A stretch of DNA of 64,000 bases, taken from contig QQVD01000018.1 in NCBI GenBank assembly GCA_003388555.1, positions 1,274-65,273 on the forward strand. Reading direction: 5' to 3'. A program made the translations under genes and the position numbers. Below are positions 61,790-64,000 of the stretch, in pieces (within the stretch, counting starts at the first letter, position 1; every line of letters starts with the position of its first letter). The notes under the pieces were generated by a model. The model saw only the letters and a list, made by a program, of their open reading frames with translations. It did no database searches and was not told the DNA's origin. The DNA is from Acidobacteriota bacterium. GTDB taxonomy: Bacteria > Acidobacteriota > Thermoanaerobaculia > Multivoradales > Multivoraceae.

Positions 61790-62845
61790 CTAGTCGCCCA
61801 TCATCAGGTCACCGAGCCCGCCGAGGACCGACCCCTCACCCTTGCGCTTGCCGCCCGCCTGTGGCGCCGCGGCGTAGACGCGCGAGGCCAGACGGCTGAA
61901 CGGCAGCGACTGGATCCACACTGTACCCGGCCCGGTCAGGGTGGCGAAGAAGAGGCCCTCTCCACCGAACAGAGCGGTCTTGATCCCCGGCACCATCTGG
62001 ATGTCGTAGTTGACGCTGCGGTCGAATGCGACCAGGCAGCCGGTGTCGAGCCTGAGGGTCTCACCGGCACGGAGCTCGCGCTTGACGATCGTGCCGCCGG
62101 CGTGAACGAAGGCGAGGCCGTCACCCTCGAGCTTCTGCAGGATGAAGCCCTCGCCGCCGAAGAACCCCGCACCCAGCTTGCGCTGGAAGGCGATGCCGAC
62201 CGCCACCCCCTTGGCGGCACAGAGGAACGCGTCCTTCTGACAGAGCACCGTGCCACCGTGCGCCGGCAGATCGAGCGCGATGATCCGCCCCGGGTACGGC
62301 GACGCGAAGGCCACCTTCTGACGTCCTCCCGAGCTGTTGCCGAACACGGTCATGAACAGCGACTCGCCGGTCAGCACCCGCTTTCCGGCCGACATCAGCT
62401 TGCCCATGAAGCCGCCGCCCTCCGACTGCGACGAGCCGTCTCCGAAGATCGTCTTCATCTCGATGCCCGGGTCCATGTACATGAACGAGCCGGCTTCCGC
62501 GATGCAGGCCTCGGCAGGGTCGAGGGTGATCTCGACGAACTGCATCTCCTCGCCGAACACCTCGTACTCGATCTCGTCGGCAGCCTGTCCGGCCGGCCGC
62601 GGAGTCCCACCGCCACCCGAGGCGGTGGCGCCGGCCGCACTGACCGGCGGCGGCGAAGCCACCGAGCCTCCGGCGAGCGCCTGCTTGAACTTGGCATGGG
62701 TGTCGATCGGCGCCCAGTTGTCCATCCCCTGCCGGAAGACGTGCACGCCCCCGTCGAGCTCACCGGCGCGGATCCTCGAGACGACGTCGTCCTCGCTCCA
62801 CGGCCCCCGCTGTTCACCGTTCACCGCTACGTACCACTCGCTCAT
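61790..62845 (-). CDS. GYF_2 domain + TIGR00266/AIM24 family protein
   Basis: N-terminal [12 protein letters not shown]...VFRQGMDNW; then [39 protein letters not shown]. Confidence 0.9.
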   Translation of the reverse strand: MSEWYVAVNGEQRGPWSEDDVVSRIRAGELDGGVHVFRQGMDNWAPIDTHAKFKQALAGGSVASPPPVSAAGATASGGGGTPRPAGQAADEIEYEVFGEEMQFVEITLDPAEACIAEAGSFMYMDPGIEMKTIFGDGSSQSEGGGFMGKLMSAGKRVLTGESLFMTVFGNSSGGRQKVAFASPYPGRIIALDLPAHGGTVLCQKDAFLCAAKGVAVGIAFQRKLGAGFFGGEGFILQKLEGDGLAFVHAGGTIVKRELRAGETLRLDTGCLVAFDRSVNYDIQMVPGIKTALFGGEGLFFATLTGPGTVWIQSLPFSRLASRVYAAAPQAGGKRKGEGSVLGGLGDLMMGD

Positions 62846-63105
62846 TCCGAATTCCCTCTCTGATCTCTGGTTGCACGAATCGTCGACGATGCCCGGAGTC
62901 GGGCCGTCGGGCCGCGAGCACCTCGCGGCAGCGCCCGGCGCCTCGGGTGGCGGGCGCCGCGCGGCGCAGCCCGTGACCGTCCCGTCACTACCGTCGCCCT
63001 GCGCTGTCGGTTCGGCGCGGGGCAGCGAACGACGGCCCGGTGCATCCGGTGCATCGTCCCTGCGCCGATTGTAGTGCCCACGCCTCTCTCCTGCCGCCGA
63101 GCCGT

Positions 63106-63939
63106 TCAGCGGTCGGCGACGAAGCGCACCTCGAAGAGCCGTGGCCAGTTCTTCCCGGTGATCAGGAAGGTGCCTCGGTCGGCGCGGTGGGCGATTCCGT
63201 TGAGCACCTCGGCCGCCGCCGCCTCGGCCTCGGACAGCAGGCCGGAGGCGTCGATCACCGCGGTCACCGTGCCGCTGTCGCGGTCGATGCGGACGATCTG
63301 GTCGGTCTCGAACACGTTGGCGAAGAGCGCCCCGTCCGCCCACTCCAGCTCGTTGAGATGGCTCTGTGGCGAGCCGCCCCGCCACACCGACACGGTGCGC
63401 AGGCGCTCGAACGTGCGCGGGTCGTGCGCGGTGAGCAGGTGGGTGCCGTTGCTGACCCACAGGACGTCGCCATCGAAGGCCAACCCCCATCCCTCGCCAA
63501 GCAGCTTCCACTCCGGCAGCGGCGCGAAGTCCTCGAGGCGGTAGCGGAGCACTCTGCCCGAACGCCAGGTCAGCTGGATCAGCTCGTCACCTACCCGGTC
63601 CAGACCCTCGGCGAAGAGATCCTCCGAGAGACCGATCCGTCGCTCCGGCGCAGCGCCGAGACGGTAGCGGACGAGTCCCGACCTCCCGTAGCCTCCGTGG
63701 CTCTCGAAGATCCATCCCTCGTGGATCAGCAGACCCTGGGTGTAGAGCGACGGATCGTGCGGGTATTCGGCGAGGACCTCCACCCTCAGCCGCTCCGGCT
63801 GGGGCCTGGGACGCCCGGTCGCCGGCTCGACCTGCGGCTGCACCGCCGCGCTCGGGGCCGACGCGGCGGAGCCTCCTTCGCACGCCGCTACAGCGAGGAG
63901 TACGGCCAGGATCTGCGCCAGTCGGGTCGGCACGCTCAC
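63106..63939 (-). CDS. Glutaminyl-peptide cyclotransferase (lipoprotein)
   Basis: YPHD..YTQGL, FAEGL, QLTW, GEGWGL, LNELE, VLNGIA, ITGKNWP. Confidence 0.93.
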   Translation of the reverse strand: MSVPTRLAQILAVLLAVAACEGGSAASAPSAAVQPQVEPATGRPRPQPERLRVEVLAEYPHDPSLYTQGLLIHEGWIFESHGGYGRSGLVRYRLGAAPERRIGLSEDLFAEGLDRVGDELIQLTWRSGRVLRYRLEDFAPLPEWKLLGEGWGLAFDGDVLWVSNGTHLLTAHDPRTFERLRTVSVWRGGSPQSHLNELEWADGALFANVFETDQIVRIDRDSGTVTAVIDASGLLSEAEAAAAEVLNGIAHRADRGTFLITGKNWPRLFEVRFVADR

Positions 63940-64000
63940 CGCGACTCCTCGGGCGGAGACGGCCAGATCCAGGGGCTGCTCTCGACCCGGTTGCCGAGAG

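Overview
GC-rich bacterial core-genome window, most likely Acidobacteriota (Thermoanaerobaculia-like). This is inferred from gene content: fused LptF/G, DUF84-like, FecR/DUF6600, and several GT-C-type membrane proteins. It carries tolQRAB, trmH, metK, nhaA, lptFG, a parA/parB pair, DUF151-miaB, a regulatory PTS/rpoN/lpt cluster, recJ, priA, carD, tolC, pepA, a class III cyclase-like protein, purC, alr, dnaB, a radical SAM plus membrane-GT pair, yraN, cysS, def, rluD, lspA, ald, bactofilin and five tRNAs. I saw no transposase, integrase, prophage or CRISPR array. The top finding is a candidate non-canonical parABS system. Three copies of a 16-bp palindrome, TGTCGGCCGGCCGACA (same length and TGT...ACA ends as parS, different core), sit in an ~830-bp repeat region directly upstream of parA, and the ParB has altered DNA-recognition segments. 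Second is a long structured metK leader with a kink-turn and an alternative SD-sequestering pairing that I cannot assign to a known SAM riboswitch class. Third are a divergent nucleotidyl cyclase and a divergent cNMP-binding protein. All calls come from reading motifs by eye; no searches were run, and several start codons are estimates.
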